A stretch of 64,000 nt of DNA, taken from the NCBI GenBank assembly GCA_021157625.1, contig JAGGWD010000005.1:2118-66117 (forward strand), read 5' to 3'. Position 1 is the first letter of the stretch, and the number at the start of each line of letters is the position of its first letter. The notes under the pieces are model-generated. The model searched no databases, was not told the origin of the DNA, and saw only the letters and a list, made by a program, of their open reading frames with translations. The stretch is from a bacterium (GTDB taxonomy: Bacteria; Patescibacteriota; Minisyncoccia; Minisyncoccales; JAGGXC01). Shown one piece after another: positions 16,870-26,693 of the stretch. A program made the translations under genes and the position numbers.

Positions 16870-18879
16870 TTATAATTTTAATTCTTCTTCTATTCTCAAT
16901 AATCTATTATATTTCTCTACCCTCTCCCCTCGAGCAGGTGCCCCGGCTTTTATAAAGTCAGCACTAACTCCTACAGCAAAATCAGCAATAAATGGATCAC
17001 AAGTATCGCCTGACCTATGAGAGACAAGTACCTTCCAACCATAAGATTTAGCAAGCTTTGCTGCCTCAATTGCCTCACTTACAGTCCCTACCTGATTTGG
17101 TTTTATTATTGCTCCAGAACAACATCCTATTCTATGAGCTTTTCTCATTCTCTCAATATTGGTTACCAAAAGGTCATCTCCTAAAATAAAAACTTTCTCT
17201 CCCAACATATCTTTCATTTTCTTGAATCCCTCAAAATCCTCTTCAGCAAAAGGATCCTCAATGAATATAATTGGAAATCTATTTACTAAATTCCGATAAA
17301 ACGCCAGGAGTTCTTCTCGTGACATTTTTCTTCCTTCAATAAAGTATCGTTTGTTTTGGTAGAACTGGGTGGCGGCTGCATCTATCCCAATTTTAATCTT
17401 TCTTAAAAGACCTGCTTTTTTTGCTGCTTCTGTGATTAACCTTAAAGCTTCAGAAGTTCTTTTCAGAGGCGGGGCAAATCCTCCCTCATCTCCTAAATTT
17501 ATAGCAAATTTTCCAAACTTTTTCTCAAGAATCTTTTTTAAAGTATGATATACTTTGACAGCTATTCTCAAATTTTCTGCAAACGAATCTTGTTGAGGAA
17601 TAATCATAAATTCCTGGATACTCAAATCATTGCCAGCATGAACTCCTCCATTAATTATGTTAAAGCAGGGTAAGGGAAGAATGAATTTCTCTTTTGGCGA
17701 AGTTAATAATCTGTCATTATAAATATCAGCAATATGTCGATAGAGAGAAATACTGCGTGCTTCTGCTCCTGCTCTACAGCAAGCTTCTGAGACAGGAAGT
17801 GTTGCATTAGCTCCCAGGTGACTTTTGTTCTTTGTTCCATCAAGTTTTGCAAGTAAAAAATCAATTTTTTTCTGATTTATTACATATTTTCCTTCAAGCG
17901 TTGGAGCAATAATATTGTTAACATTTTCAACTGCCCTAAGGACTCCTTTTCCATTATATCTTTTTCCTCCATCTCTTAATTCTTTAGCCTCATATTTTCC
18001 TTTTGATGCACCAGCCGGACAAGAAGCACGAAACACATTATTGTCGCAAATCAAGTCAACCTCAACAGTGGGATTTCCTCTTGAATCAAGAATTTCTCTT
18101 GCTTTTATTTTTTTAATTCTGAAAGTGAGCTTAATTCTTAAATTAAGCTCTTTAATTTTTTCCTTGAGCGATTTTTTCCTTTCCCTGTAGTGAGCAAATT
18201 TATATTTAAAGATATCTGACTTGATACCTCCAAATAATTCAAAATAAATACCTATAAGAGCATATTTTGTAGCCATTGTCATTCTTCCTTCTCTATCCAA
18301 CCTCCTTACTGAAACAGGAATTCGGCATGAAGTCAGGTATCTAAACTTTCCTATCTTTGAGGCTCTCTGGATATAATCAAAATCCTCTGCTACCCTCATT
18401 CTCTCATCAAAACCACCAATTTGATCGTGAATTTTTTTCTTCACCATTATAAAGTGACCAGCAGCCTTGGGTTTAAAAAACTGAGAAACGCCAAAATAAA
18501 AATTAGCAATATCGTACATCAGAGCATCTATATTTTTATCGCTTAATACTTGGATATAAGAAGAGGCTATATCCAAATTCTTTTTCTTGAATTCTTTGAG
18601 AGTTTGCTCAAGAAATTCCTTTGGCAAGACAACATCCGCATCCAAAAACACTAAAATCTCACCCCGCGCAACATCTGCTCCTCTATTCCTTCCTACTGCA
18701 GGCATACCTCCCTCTACCACTTTACATCCCCATTCCTCTGCTATCTTGCGTGTTTTGTCTTTTGAACCAGCATCAGCAACAATTACCTCAAAGTTTTTAT
18801 AGGTTTGATTCTTGAGGGATTTAAGAAGCAAAGGAAGATAATTCTCTTCATTTAATGTAGGAATGATAACAGAAATCAT
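16870..18879 (-). CDS. eno: GT2 glycosyltransferase - enolase fusion
   Basis: N ~230 aa: SVIIPTLNEE, DAGSKD, RNRG, FLDADV, GGFDE, EDFD. C ~415 aa: EILDSRGNPTVE, GASKG, INGGVH, QEFMI, GDEGGFAP, IEDPF, GDDL, KPNQ, SHRSG, ERVEKYNRLLRIEE. Confidence 0.9.
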   Translation of the reverse strand: MISVIIPTLNEENYLPLLLKSLKNQTYKNFEVIVADAGSKDKTRKIAEEWGCKVVEGGMPAVGRNRGADVARGEILVFLDADVVLPKEFLEQTLKEFKKKNLDIASSYIQVLSDKNIDALMYDIANFYFGVSQFFKPKAAGHFIMVKKKIHDQIGGFDERMRVAEDFDYIQRASKIGKFRYLTSCRIPVSVRRLDREGRMTMATKYALIGIYFELFGGIKSDIFKYKFAHYRERKKSLKEKIKELNLRIKLTFRIKKIKAREILDSRGNPTVEVDLICDNNVFRASCPAGASKGKYEAKELRDGGKRYNGKGVLRAVENVNNIIAPTLEGKYVINQKKIDFLLAKLDGTKNKSHLGANATLPVSEACCRAGAEARSISLYRHIADIYNDRLLTSPKEKFILPLPCFNIINGGVHAGNDLSIQEFMIIPQQDSFAENLRIAVKVYHTLKKILEKKFGKFAINLGDEGGFAPPLKRTSEALRLITEAAKKAGLLRKIKIGIDAAATQFYQNKRYFIEGRKMSREELLAFYRNLVNRFPIIFIEDPFAEEDFEGFKKMKDMLGEKVFILGDDLLVTNIERMRKAHRIGCCSGAIIKPNQVGTVSEAIEAAKLAKSYGWKVLVSHRSGDTCDPFIADFAVGVSADFIKAGAPARGERVEKYNRLLRIEEELKL

Positions 18880-18933
18880 TTCAATCAGAAATTAATGTTT
18901 CTATTATTTTATGATATAATAAAATAAAAATTA

Positions 18934-20085
18934 ATGAAAATTGGATTTTTCACCAATACCTATTTACCCATTCCTTACGGAATGGAGATTTCAATTGAGA
19001 GCTTTCGAAAAAACCTCGAAAAAATGGGTCACGAGGTTTTTATATTTGCTCCTTATTACAAAGGATACAAAGATACAAACCCGCGCATTTTCCGATTTAG
19101 AGCAATAAAAGTCTTCAGAAAAAAAGAAGTTTACTTCCCCTTTCCTTTTCTTGCTCAAAACGCTCGATTAAGAGATATTTTAAGCATTAAATTTGATATC
19201 GTCCATGCTCACTCTCCATTTAGCATGGGACTGTTTGCCAAATACATATCTTCAAGACAAAAAATTCCTTTGGTCTATACTCACCATATCCAATATGCCA
19301 AATATGCCAAGCTGTATTTCAAAAGAAGATTAATTCCTCCTTTCTTGGCAAGAAAATGGAGTAAATGGTTCTCAAATCTTTCTGATTTAGTAATTGCTCC
19401 TTCTTTCAAAATAAAACATATCCTGGAAGATTATGGTGTAAAGAAGAAAATAATAGTATTGAGTACCGGCATTGATACTAATGTCTTCAAGAAATCAAAA
19501 GAGCCAAAAAAATTAATCAGAAAGAAACTCAATCTTCCCTTGCAATCCAAAATTCTTTTGTTTGTTGGAAGGATTGAGATTGAGAAAAATCCTAGTTTTT
19601 TAATCCAGACCCTACCCAGAATTCTCAAATCCAGAAAAGATGCAGTCCTTTTAATAATAGGAGAAGGAAGCTTCCGAAATGCACTTCAAAAACAAGTGCA
19701 GAAAATGAATATAGAGAAATCAGTAATCTTTACTGGCAAGATTCCTCATTCAAAAATTCCTTTTTATTATCAAAGTTCTGATATTTTTGTTTTTTCTTCT
19801 TTAACTGAAACTCAAGGAATCATATTGTTGGAAGCAGCAGCTTGTGGTCTTCCTATTGTAGCTCTATGGGATGAAGCATTTTTAGATGTAGTGCAAGATA
19901 AAAAAAATGGCTTTCTTGTTAGAAAAGAAAGTCCAGATATCTTTGCAAAAAAGATCTTATATATTCTTAACAATCCTTCTATTTATATGAAATTTTCCTC
20001 TGCCTCTCAAAAAATAGGCCAATCTTTTTCAGAAATAAAACAAACCAAAAAACTTTTGGAAATTTATAATAGCCTGATAAAATAG
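18934..20085 (+). CDS. GT4 glycosyltransferase, diacylglycerol glucosyltransferase (UGDG/MGS)-like
   Basis: MKIGFFTNTYLP, HAHSPF, YTHH, FVGRIEIEKN, SSLTETQGIILLEAAACG. Confidence 0.85.
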   Translation: MKIGFFTNTYLPIPYGMEISIESFRKNLEKMGHEVFIFAPYYKGYKDTNPRIFRFRAIKVFRKKEVYFPFPFLAQNARLRDILSIKFDIVHAHSPFSMGLFAKYISSRQKIPLVYTHHIQYAKYAKLYFKRRLIPPFLARKWSKWFSNLSDLVIAPSFKIKHILEDYGVKKKIIVLSTGIDTNVFKKSKEPKKLIRKKLNLPLQSKILLFVGRIEIEKNPSFLIQTLPRILKSRKDAVLLIIGEGSFRNALQKQVQKMNIEKSVIFTGKIPHSKIPFYYQSSDIFVFSSLTETQGIILLEAAACGLPIVALWDEAFLDVVQDKKNGFLVRKESPDIFAKKILYILNNPSIYMKFSSASQKIGQSFSEIKQTKKLLEIYNSLIK

Positions 20086-20086
20086 T

Positions 20087-21004
20087 TCATTTTAAGTTCT
20101 TTAGATAATCGTAACAAAAAAGGGCTGCTTTTGCTCCTTCTCCTGCTGCAATAATTATTTGCTTAAAGGCAACAGAACTTACATCTCCAGCAGCAAACAA
20201 GCCTGGAGTCTTTGTTTTGTTAGTACCTGGTTCAATTTTAATCTCTCCCCTTTCAGAAAATTCCACGAGATCTTCTTTGACAAAAACAGTGGCAGGAACT
20301 CGACCAATTTGAACGAAAACTCCATCTACCGAGAGACTTTTCTTTTTTCCTGAAACCCGATCAGAATAAGAAATTTCTCTAACGAAATTATCTCCCTTTA
20401 TCTCTTCGGTCTTAGCAGAAAGGATCACTTCGATTTTCTTTTCTTTCTCTACTTTCTCCTGAAGCACCTCATCTCCTTTTAGTTGTGAGGAGAATTCAAG
20501 AATATAGACTTTTTTTGCATACTTCACTAATTCTAGCGCTGCTTCAAGACCGCTATTTCCTCCCCCTACAACCGCTACCACTTTTTCTTTAAAAAAAGGT
20601 GCATCACATGTAACGCAGTAAGAGACCCCTTTTCCAATAAATTCTCTCTCTCCAGGAACTTCCAAAGACCTGGGAGACGCTCCCGAGGCTACAATCACTG
20701 ACTTTGCTTGATATTCATTATTTTGAGATGTCTTAACCACAAAGAAATTATCTTTCTTGTCAAGCTCCACTACTTCTTCTTGTTTTATTTGAGCTCCAAG
20801 ACTGTCAAGATGTTCTTTCATTCTCTTCAGTAGTTCAAGACCAGTTATCTTTTTGTATCCTGGCCAGTTCTCAATTATGGAAGCTTCACCTGCCTGGCCA
20901 ACAAAATCACGAGATATGAGCAGGGTATTTATTTTTTTTCTAATGGCATATATCGCTGCGGTTATTCCCGCAGGACCTCCTCCAATGATTATTAAGTCAA
21001 ACAT
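20087..21004 (-). CDS. trxB: thioredoxin-disulfide reductase
   Basis: IIGGGPAG, GVSYCVTCD redox motif, VVGGGNSG, FAAGDV. Confidence 0.9.
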   Translation of the reverse strand: MFDLIIIGGGPAGITAAIYAIRKKINTLLISRDFVGQAGEASIIENWPGYKKITGLELLKRMKEHLDSLGAQIKQEEVVELDKKDNFFVVKTSQNNEYQAKSVIVASGASPRSLEVPGEREFIGKGVSYCVTCDAPFFKEKVVAVVGGGNSGLEAALELVKYAKKVYILEFSSQLKGDEVLQEKVEKEKKIEVILSAKTEEIKGDNFVREISYSDRVSGKKKSLSVDGVFVQIGRVPATVFVKEDLVEFSERGEIKIEPGTNKTKTPGLFAAGDVSSVAFKQIIIAAGEGAKAALFCYDYLKNLK

Positions 21005-21024
21005 ATTTTTCTAAAATAATTTAA

Positions 21025-21888
21025 TTAATGAATAACTTCTGGAATGGCTTCGATTAAATCTGTTGCCAAAACACTTTCTTTTTTTTGTCTGGCAGCGATT
21101 TCTCCCGCTTTCCCATTAATAAATGCACCTGCCTGAGCAGATACAAAAGGATCAAATCCTTGAGCCATAATTGCTCCACAAATACCAGCTAAAGTATCTC
21201 CTGTTCCTCCTACCGATAAATAAGGGTTTCCCGTCTTATTGATAGCTGTCTCATTCCCGTTTGAAATTATATCTGTTCTTCCCTTCAAGAGAATGGTAGT
21301 ACCTAACTTTTGTGCTACTTCTGAAACAATTTTTATTTTTTCTTTAAGGGACATATCCTTTATTTTCTTCTGGGATAGAAGAAAAAATTCATAACTATGA
21401 GGAGTAATCAAAAACGGCTTTCCTGACAAAAGATCAACTGATTCAGCCACTGCATGGATAGCATCGGCATCGATTACCGCAGGAACAGAAATCTGAGAAA
21501 GATATTCACGAATCACCTCTTTTGTTTCTTGACTCCTACCTGCCCCTCCTCCAATTACAACAGCTGTTTTCTTATGAGAAACAACCTCAGCAGATTTGGT
21601 CATTGCAATCAGAGTAGAAAGATGATCTTTGCTCAGATAGTCACCCTCTAAAGGATAGGCAGCTAAATTGGGCGAAAAAGAAGCTACAATATCAGCTGCT
21701 CTTTTTGGCGCAATAATCTGAATCATATCCACTCCTGCTCTAAAAGCAGCTAAAGCAGAAAGCGCTGGAGACCCTGAGTAGAATTTTGATCCTCCTATTA
21801 CCAAAAGGAGACCATAATCATACTTATGAATATCGGGAGATCTTTTTTTATAAATATTTTTGATTAATTTTTTTGTCACTTCAATCAT
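21025..21888 (-). CDS. nnrD: ADP-dependent NAD(P)H-hydrate dehydratase (YjeF C-terminal)
   Basis: HKYDYG..LVIGGS..YSG, VIDADAI, ITPH..EF, LLKG, GGTGDTLAG. Confidence 0.9.
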   Translation of the reverse strand: MIEVTKKLIKNIYKKRSPDIHKYDYGLLLVIGGSKFYSGSPALSALAAFRAGVDMIQIIAPKRAADIVASFSPNLAAYPLEGDYLSKDHLSTLIAMTKSAEVVSHKKTAVVIGGGAGRSQETKEVIREYLSQISVPAVIDADAIHAVAESVDLLSGKPFLITPHSYEFFLLSQKKIKDMSLKEKIKIVSEVAQKLGTTILLKGRTDIISNGNETAINKTGNPYLSVGGTGDTLAGICGAIMAQGFDPFVSAQAGAFINGKAGEIAARQKKESVLATDLIEAIPEVIH

Positions 21889-21900
21889 GGTTTTAATTTT

Positions 21901-22767
21901 TTAAATTTCTTTCATAATTTTTTTAAGCCTTTGGCCAAACTCAGGGTGCCTTAGCGAAAGATATAAATTGGATTCCAACCACGAAAATTTAGTTCCGCAT
22001 TCAAGCCACCTTCCTTCTATCTCATAACCATAAACTGCTTTACCGCTCTCAATCATTCTTCGCAAAGCATTGGCTAAAATAATTTCTTTATGTTTAGAAG
22101 TAGATTCCTTCTCCAACCAACTAAAAACCTCTGGTGTCAAAATATATCTCCCAACAATAGCCAAATTAGAAGGAGCTGATTCTTTCTCAGGTTTTTCCAC
22201 AATTTTTTTAATTTTGAAAAGACGGTTTGATATCTTCTCTACTTCTACTATTCCATAACTTGATATCTTTTCTTCACTCACTTTCTTTAAAGCGATCACG
22301 GGTGATTGAGCTGTCCTAAAAATATTCATCAACTGAACAAGACAGGGAGTTTTTGAATCTACAATATCATCAGGAAAGAAAACACCAAAGGGGCTTTTTT
22401 TAACTATCTTTTTTGCTTGTAATATAGCATGTCCATCTCCTAATGGTTCTTTCTGAAAAACAACAGAGAGACAAAGACCTTTTGTAAGCTCTTTTATTTG
22501 ATAAAGTTCTTTTAAAAGATGAGTTCTTTTTCTTTGTTTTAGAAGCTTCTCAAGCTTGGGATCTTCTTGAAAATACTCAAGAATTCCTTTCTTTTTAGGG
22601 CGTGCCACAAAAATAATCTCTTTGATACCAGAATTCTTTGCTTCTTCAATACTATATTGCACAAGCGGTTTATCTACCAAAGGAAATAGTTCTTTGGGAA
22701 CTACCCTTGATAAAGGAAGAAATCTTGTTCCCAAGCCTGCAATTGGAATAACTGCTTTTTTTAACAT
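21901..22767 (-). CDS. galU: UTP--glucose-1-phosphate uridylyltransferase
   Basis: KAVIPIAGLGTRFLP..PKE, QKEPLGDGHA, VEKP, SNLAIVGRY. Confidence 0.88.
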   Translation of the reverse strand: MLKKAVIPIAGLGTRFLPLSRVVPKELFPLVDKPLVQYSIEEAKNSGIKEIIFVARPKKKGILEYFQEDPKLEKLLKQRKRTHLLKELYQIKELTKGLCLSVVFQKEPLGDGHAILQAKKIVKKSPFGVFFPDDIVDSKTPCLVQLMNIFRTAQSPVIALKKVSEEKISSYGIVEVEKISNRLFKIKKIVEKPEKESAPSNLAIVGRYILTPEVFSWLEKESTSKHKEIILANALRRMIESGKAVYGYEIEGRWLECGTKFSWLESNLYLSLRHPEFGQRLKKIMKEI

Positions 22768-22795
22768 AACGTTTTATTAGAATTTTTCTTCAAAG

Positions 22796-24049
22796 TTATT
22801 TTTTCTTACGACGAGTCAAGGCTTTGATTTTTTCCTTCCATGGACTTCTTCTAAGAAAAGCAGGAATCTCCCATTTCTCTTGCTCGGCTAACATTTTTCT
22901 CTCTTCTTCCTGTAGCGCTTTCTTGATTTCAAGCGCGCTAAGTCTCTTCTTTTGTTTCTTTGTTTTTTTCTTTGTTTTTTTCTTTTTTTGTCTTTTAACC
23001 TTGATCTTGACCTTTTTTCCCTTAATTTCTTCTTTTTTCTCTTTCTTTTTTATCTCTGGTTTCTTCTCCTCTTCGGCTAACTTACTTTTGATTTTCTTCT
23101 TTTTACTATCTCCTACTACAAGCAGGGTTACTTTAAGTGTTGAATTTTTTGAAGAAGGAAGTAAAGATACTCCAAAGATAATTTTTGCATAAGGGTTTAA
23201 ATTAGAAAAAGTATTAGATATTTGCTCAACCTCTTTCATTTTCAAATCATCTCCAGCAGTAATATTAAATAAGATCTTCTTTGCTGTCTTGATATTGAAG
23301 TCAAAAAGTACAGGACTCAGAATTTTTTTAATTACAGTATCCACTCTATCAGGGCCTTTAGCTTCAGCTGTATTAAAATAGAATTTCTCTCCAATCTCAT
23401 CAAGCATAGTCTTGAAATCGGCAAAATCTATATTTATCAATCCGGGCTCATAAATTAGGTTAACAAGACTTGCTAAATTATCAGCCAATATTTTGTTAAG
23501 AGTAAAAAAAGCCTTCTCTAGAGAAGTCTTCTTATCGATTACCTTAAAAATTCGCTGATTTTGAATCACTAAAAAGGCATTAAGATGCTGCTTCAATTTG
23601 GCAAGTGCCTCTTTGGCTATTTGAACTCTTTTCTCTCCTTCAAATTTAAACGGAAGGGTAAAAATTCCTAAATTAATATTACCTAATTCATGAGAAACAG
23701 AAGCAAAAACAGGGGTTGCTCCTGATCCTGTACCCCCGCCCAAAGAGGCAATAAAAATACACAAATCTTGTCCTTTTAATATTCTCTTAATTCTTTGTTT
23801 TTCTTTCTCAGCAGCACTCTTACCTAACTCTGGATTCATTCCTGTACCTAGACCATGAGTTAAATCTTGACCAAATTTAAATTTATAAACTTTGTGAGGC
23901 AATTTTCTTAGAGCCTGAACATCAGTATTAGCGGCAAGGAAAGTTACTTTCTTGATCTTTTTGGCAAGCTGACCTACAATTGCGCTTCCCCCTCCTCCTA
24001 TACCAATAACTTTTATTTTTGTGTTCTTAATCAAGAATCTATTTTTCAT
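22796..24049 (-). CDS. ftsZ: cell division protein FtsZ (divergent, Lys-rich linker)
   Basis: VIGIGGGG, NTDVQAL, GGGTGSG tubulin signature, PFKFEG, INIDFAD T7 loop, C-terminal EIPAFLRR. Confidence 0.9.
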   Translation of the reverse strand: MKNRFLIKNTKIKVIGIGGGGSAIVGQLAKKIKKVTFLAANTDVQALRKLPHKVYKFKFGQDLTHGLGTGMNPELGKSAAEKEKQRIKRILKGQDLCIFIASLGGGTGSGATPVFASVSHELGNINLGIFTLPFKFEGEKRVQIAKEALAKLKQHLNAFLVIQNQRIFKVIDKKTSLEKAFFTLNKILADNLASLVNLIYEPGLINIDFADFKTMLDEIGEKFYFNTAEAKGPDRVDTVIKKILSPVLFDFNIKTAKKILFNITAGDDLKMKEVEQISNTFSNLNPYAKIIFGVSLLPSSKNSTLKVTLLVVGDSKKKKIKSKLAEEEKKPEIKKKEKKEEIKGKKVKIKVKRQKKKKTKKKTKKQKKRLSALEIKKALQEEERKMLAEQEKWEIPAFLRRSPWKEKIKALTRRKKK

Positions 24050-24193
24050 ACTTATTACTCAATTTTATCATAAAAATTAGCAAACCCAAAAACAAAAATC
24101 TCTATTCTTGAAATAAATATTTATCCTGGTAATTAGAGCACTATGCTCAATCAGCTTGCACTTTTAAATAAATATCTTTTTCTATCCCCTTTG

Positions 24194-24267
24194 TGGGCGT
24201 ATCAGGATTCGAACCTGAGACCTCTGCGATGTGAACGCAGCGCTCTAACCAACTGAGCTATACGCCC
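24194..24267 (-). tRNA. tRNA-Val(CAC)
   Basis: GGGCGTATAGCTCAGTTGGTTAGAGCG-CTGCG TT CAC AT CGCAG-...GGTTCGAATCC...TACGCCCA; CCA not encoded. Confidence 0.96.
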
Positions 24268-24325
24268 CTTTTTATTATAACATTAGCAGAAATAAAAAGA
24301 AGGGAAACAAAACAATATCCCTTCA

Positions 24326-24556
24326 TTAGAACTTGACGCCCGTTAAAGTAACAGTTTTTATTATTCCCTCAAGCGACCTAATTTTTTCTATAATTTCACT
24401 GAGCTCGTGGACATCATCCTCAAGCTCTATTTTCGCAATTAGATCATATTCTCCAAAGAGAGGATTTAATTCCGAAACCTCTGGAATTTCCAGTAGTTTT
24501 GTATAGACCCTGTGTTCTTGAGATGGTTCGGCTTTTATCAATACAAATGCCAACAT
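24326..24556 (-). CDS. stand-alone Lrp/AsnC ligand-binding (RAM) domain protein
   Basis: AFVLI...PEV...LFGEYDLIAKIE...KIRSLEGI.KT.TL; no HTH; AGGAG SD. Confidence 0.85.
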   Translation of the reverse strand: MLAFVLIKAEPSQEHRVYTKLLEIPEVSELNPLFGEYDLIAKIELEDDVHELSEIIEKIRSLEGIIKTVTLTGVKF

Positions 24557-24659
24557 TCTCTCCTCTCTTTTACTTTTTAAGGAGCATTATTTAAATATCA
24601 AAATGTGGGTTATCTGTCAAGGATTTCTATCAAGAAAGAGATATTATATAATAAAGAAT

Positions 24660-26693
24660 ATGCAGATATTTGAATTCCATTTTAATCCGAAGAAAGAAGA
24701 TAAGGTTTTTGAGAGTTTTGTTTTCGAGCCAGAAAATGTTTATGAAAAGAAAGTAGGAAATCTTTGTATTGCAGGAGAAATAACAAATATCTTATCTCAA
24801 AATCATCGACTCTTGAATAATCTTGCTTCTGTCATTAAAGAAGGTTATTATCGGCTCTCTCCACGTACTTCCTCTCTTGGCGCTTTGAAGAAATCACTAC
24901 AAGAAGCAAATAGGTTTTTGGAAGAAGAAGAAAAAAAAGGAAACATCAGTTGGCTAGGAAACCTCAATATTGCTGTAGTAAGCATAAAAAACCTTGATCT
25001 CAATTTTACCAAGACAGGGACTATTAAAATACTCTTGATAAGAAAAAATGAAATAATAGATATCGCCAAAGAAATAGAAAACAAAGAAGCAGAATCGCCA
25101 CCACTAAAGACATTTTCAAACATCATCTCGGGAAAATTTCTTTTGGATGATAAGTTATTGATTCTGACAAAAGAAATTTTTGATATTTTCTTGCAAGAAG
25201 GAATCTTCTCAGAGATTTTATCATGTTTGGAAAAGAACAAAGAAAAAAAACTAGATAAGGACCTGAGGTATATATTTAATAAACACAAAAAAGATCTTGG
25301 AGAGAAGGCAGGTCTTTTTCTTTTAATACTACAAGCGCCTGCAAAAAAGACAAAAGAAATCTCTTTGCCGCAAACAAAACCTGACGTAGTATTGTCTTCC
25401 TTGGCCCAACTTTCAAAAAAGAAAATATCAGGGTTTAAAAAAGCACTTACCCAAAAAATTAAAGTCTCAAAAATTATCAAGCCAAAATCACAGAAAAAGA
25501 CAAAAGGTAGAGTTCATATTCTCTCTAAAATCAAAGAAATCTTTATTGGATTACCAAAGAACTGGCCAAAAAAAAGAATTGTCGCCTTCTCAGGTATTCC
25601 TATCAAAAAAGCTATTATATTAATCTTTATTTTAATCGCCACTGTAGGAATAGGATTTTATATTCTTCAAATAGAGAAACAAAAAAATATTCAGAGAATC
25701 CAAGCGATCTTAAAAGAAAGTCAAGAAATCGCAGAAAGAGCAAATCTCGCTCTCACAGAAAACAAGACTCAAGAAGCAAACCTACTTTTCCAAGAGGCGT
25801 GGAAAAAAATATCTCCTCTCGCAGAAAACGAAAGAGTTCCTTTAAACAAAGAACTTGTTGATTTCAAAAAAACATTAGAAAATAAACTTCTTAATCTAAA
25901 CAAAATAGAAAAGATAGAACCTCAACTTGTGTTTGAAATAAAAGATCAAGGGTTTAATCCACAGGAAATTCTAATCTCAGAAAAAGATATTTATTTCTTT
26001 GAGCCAAATGCAAAAAGAATTTATTGGCTCGAAATCAAGCCTCGGAAAGGAAGATTTGTTGAGTTGAAGACAGCTCCAAAGAATGCTTCAGAGTTTCAGG
26101 ATTCACTTATCTTTCTCTCATCAAACAATAAGATATTTCTTCTCTCTGCTCCCTCTCGAATAAAAGATCTCAAATTTCCTTACAGTGAAGTGAATATAAT
26201 TAATATCTCAACTTTTGGCAGAAACTTCTATTTGCTTGATGCTGCAAAAAAGGAGATAATCAAATTCAGATTGGAACAAAAACCTAATCTTGAAGGAGAG
26301 CTTTGGCTTGCTCAAACAACAGAAAAACCATCGAGACCAAAATCGATGGCAATTGATGGCTCAATATGGATACTAGATGAAGAAAACAATATATGGCAGT
26401 ACTTTAAAGGAAAATTGAAGAATAAACTTGTTTTGAATTTATTTCCTTTTCCCAAAAAGATAACAAGAATTAAAACAAAATATTCTCTCCCCTATCTTTA
26501 TCTCTTAGAGCCATCAGAAAAACGAATCATTGTTTTAGATAAAAAAGGCAACCTACTAAAACAATTTGTAAATGAAAAATTTGATAATTTAAGAGATCTC
26601 TCTGTTGACACCAAAGGAACTATTTATGCTCTTGATGGTAAAAAACTTTACAGAATCCCTGCCACTCTATACTCTAATTCTTCTATTTTTTAA
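24660..26693 (+). CDS. membrane-anchored hypothetical protein (PP2C-like N-terminus, TM helix, beta-propeller-like C-terminus)
   Basis: One TM segment (IILIFILIATVGIGFYIL); propeller-like repeats (IYFFE, FYLLD, MAIDGSIWILD, LYLLEP). Start placed at the ATG 7 nt after TATAAT. Confidence 0.7.
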   Translation: MQIFEFHFNPKKEDKVFESFVFEPENVYEKKVGNLCIAGEITNILSQNHRLLNNLASVIKEGYYRLSPRTSSLGALKKSLQEANRFLEEEEKKGNISWLGNLNIAVVSIKNLDLNFTKTGTIKILLIRKNEIIDIAKEIENKEAESPPLKTFSNIISGKFLLDDKLLILTKEIFDIFLQEGIFSEILSCLEKNKEKKLDKDLRYIFNKHKKDLGEKAGLFLLILQAPAKKTKEISLPQTKPDVVLSSLAQLSKKKISGFKKALTQKIKVSKIIKPKSQKKTKGRVHILSKIKEIFIGLPKNWPKKRIVAFSGIPIKKAIILIFILIATVGIGFYILQIEKQKNIQRIQAILKESQEIAERANLALTENKTQEANLLFQEAWKKISPLAENERVPLNKELVDFKKTLENKLLNLNKIEKIEPQLVFEIKDQGFNPQEILISEKDIYFFEPNAKRIYWLEIKPRKGRFVELKTAPKNASEFQDSLIFLSSNNKIFLLSAPSRIKDLKFPYSEVNIINISTFGRNFYLLDAAKKEIIKFRLEQKPNLEGELWLAQTTEKPSRPKSMAIDGSIWILDEENNIWQYFKGKLKNKLVLNLFPFPKKITRIKTKYSLPYLYLLEPSEKRIIVLDKKGNLLKQFVNEKFDNLRDLSVDTKGTIYALDGKKLYRIPATLYSNSSIF

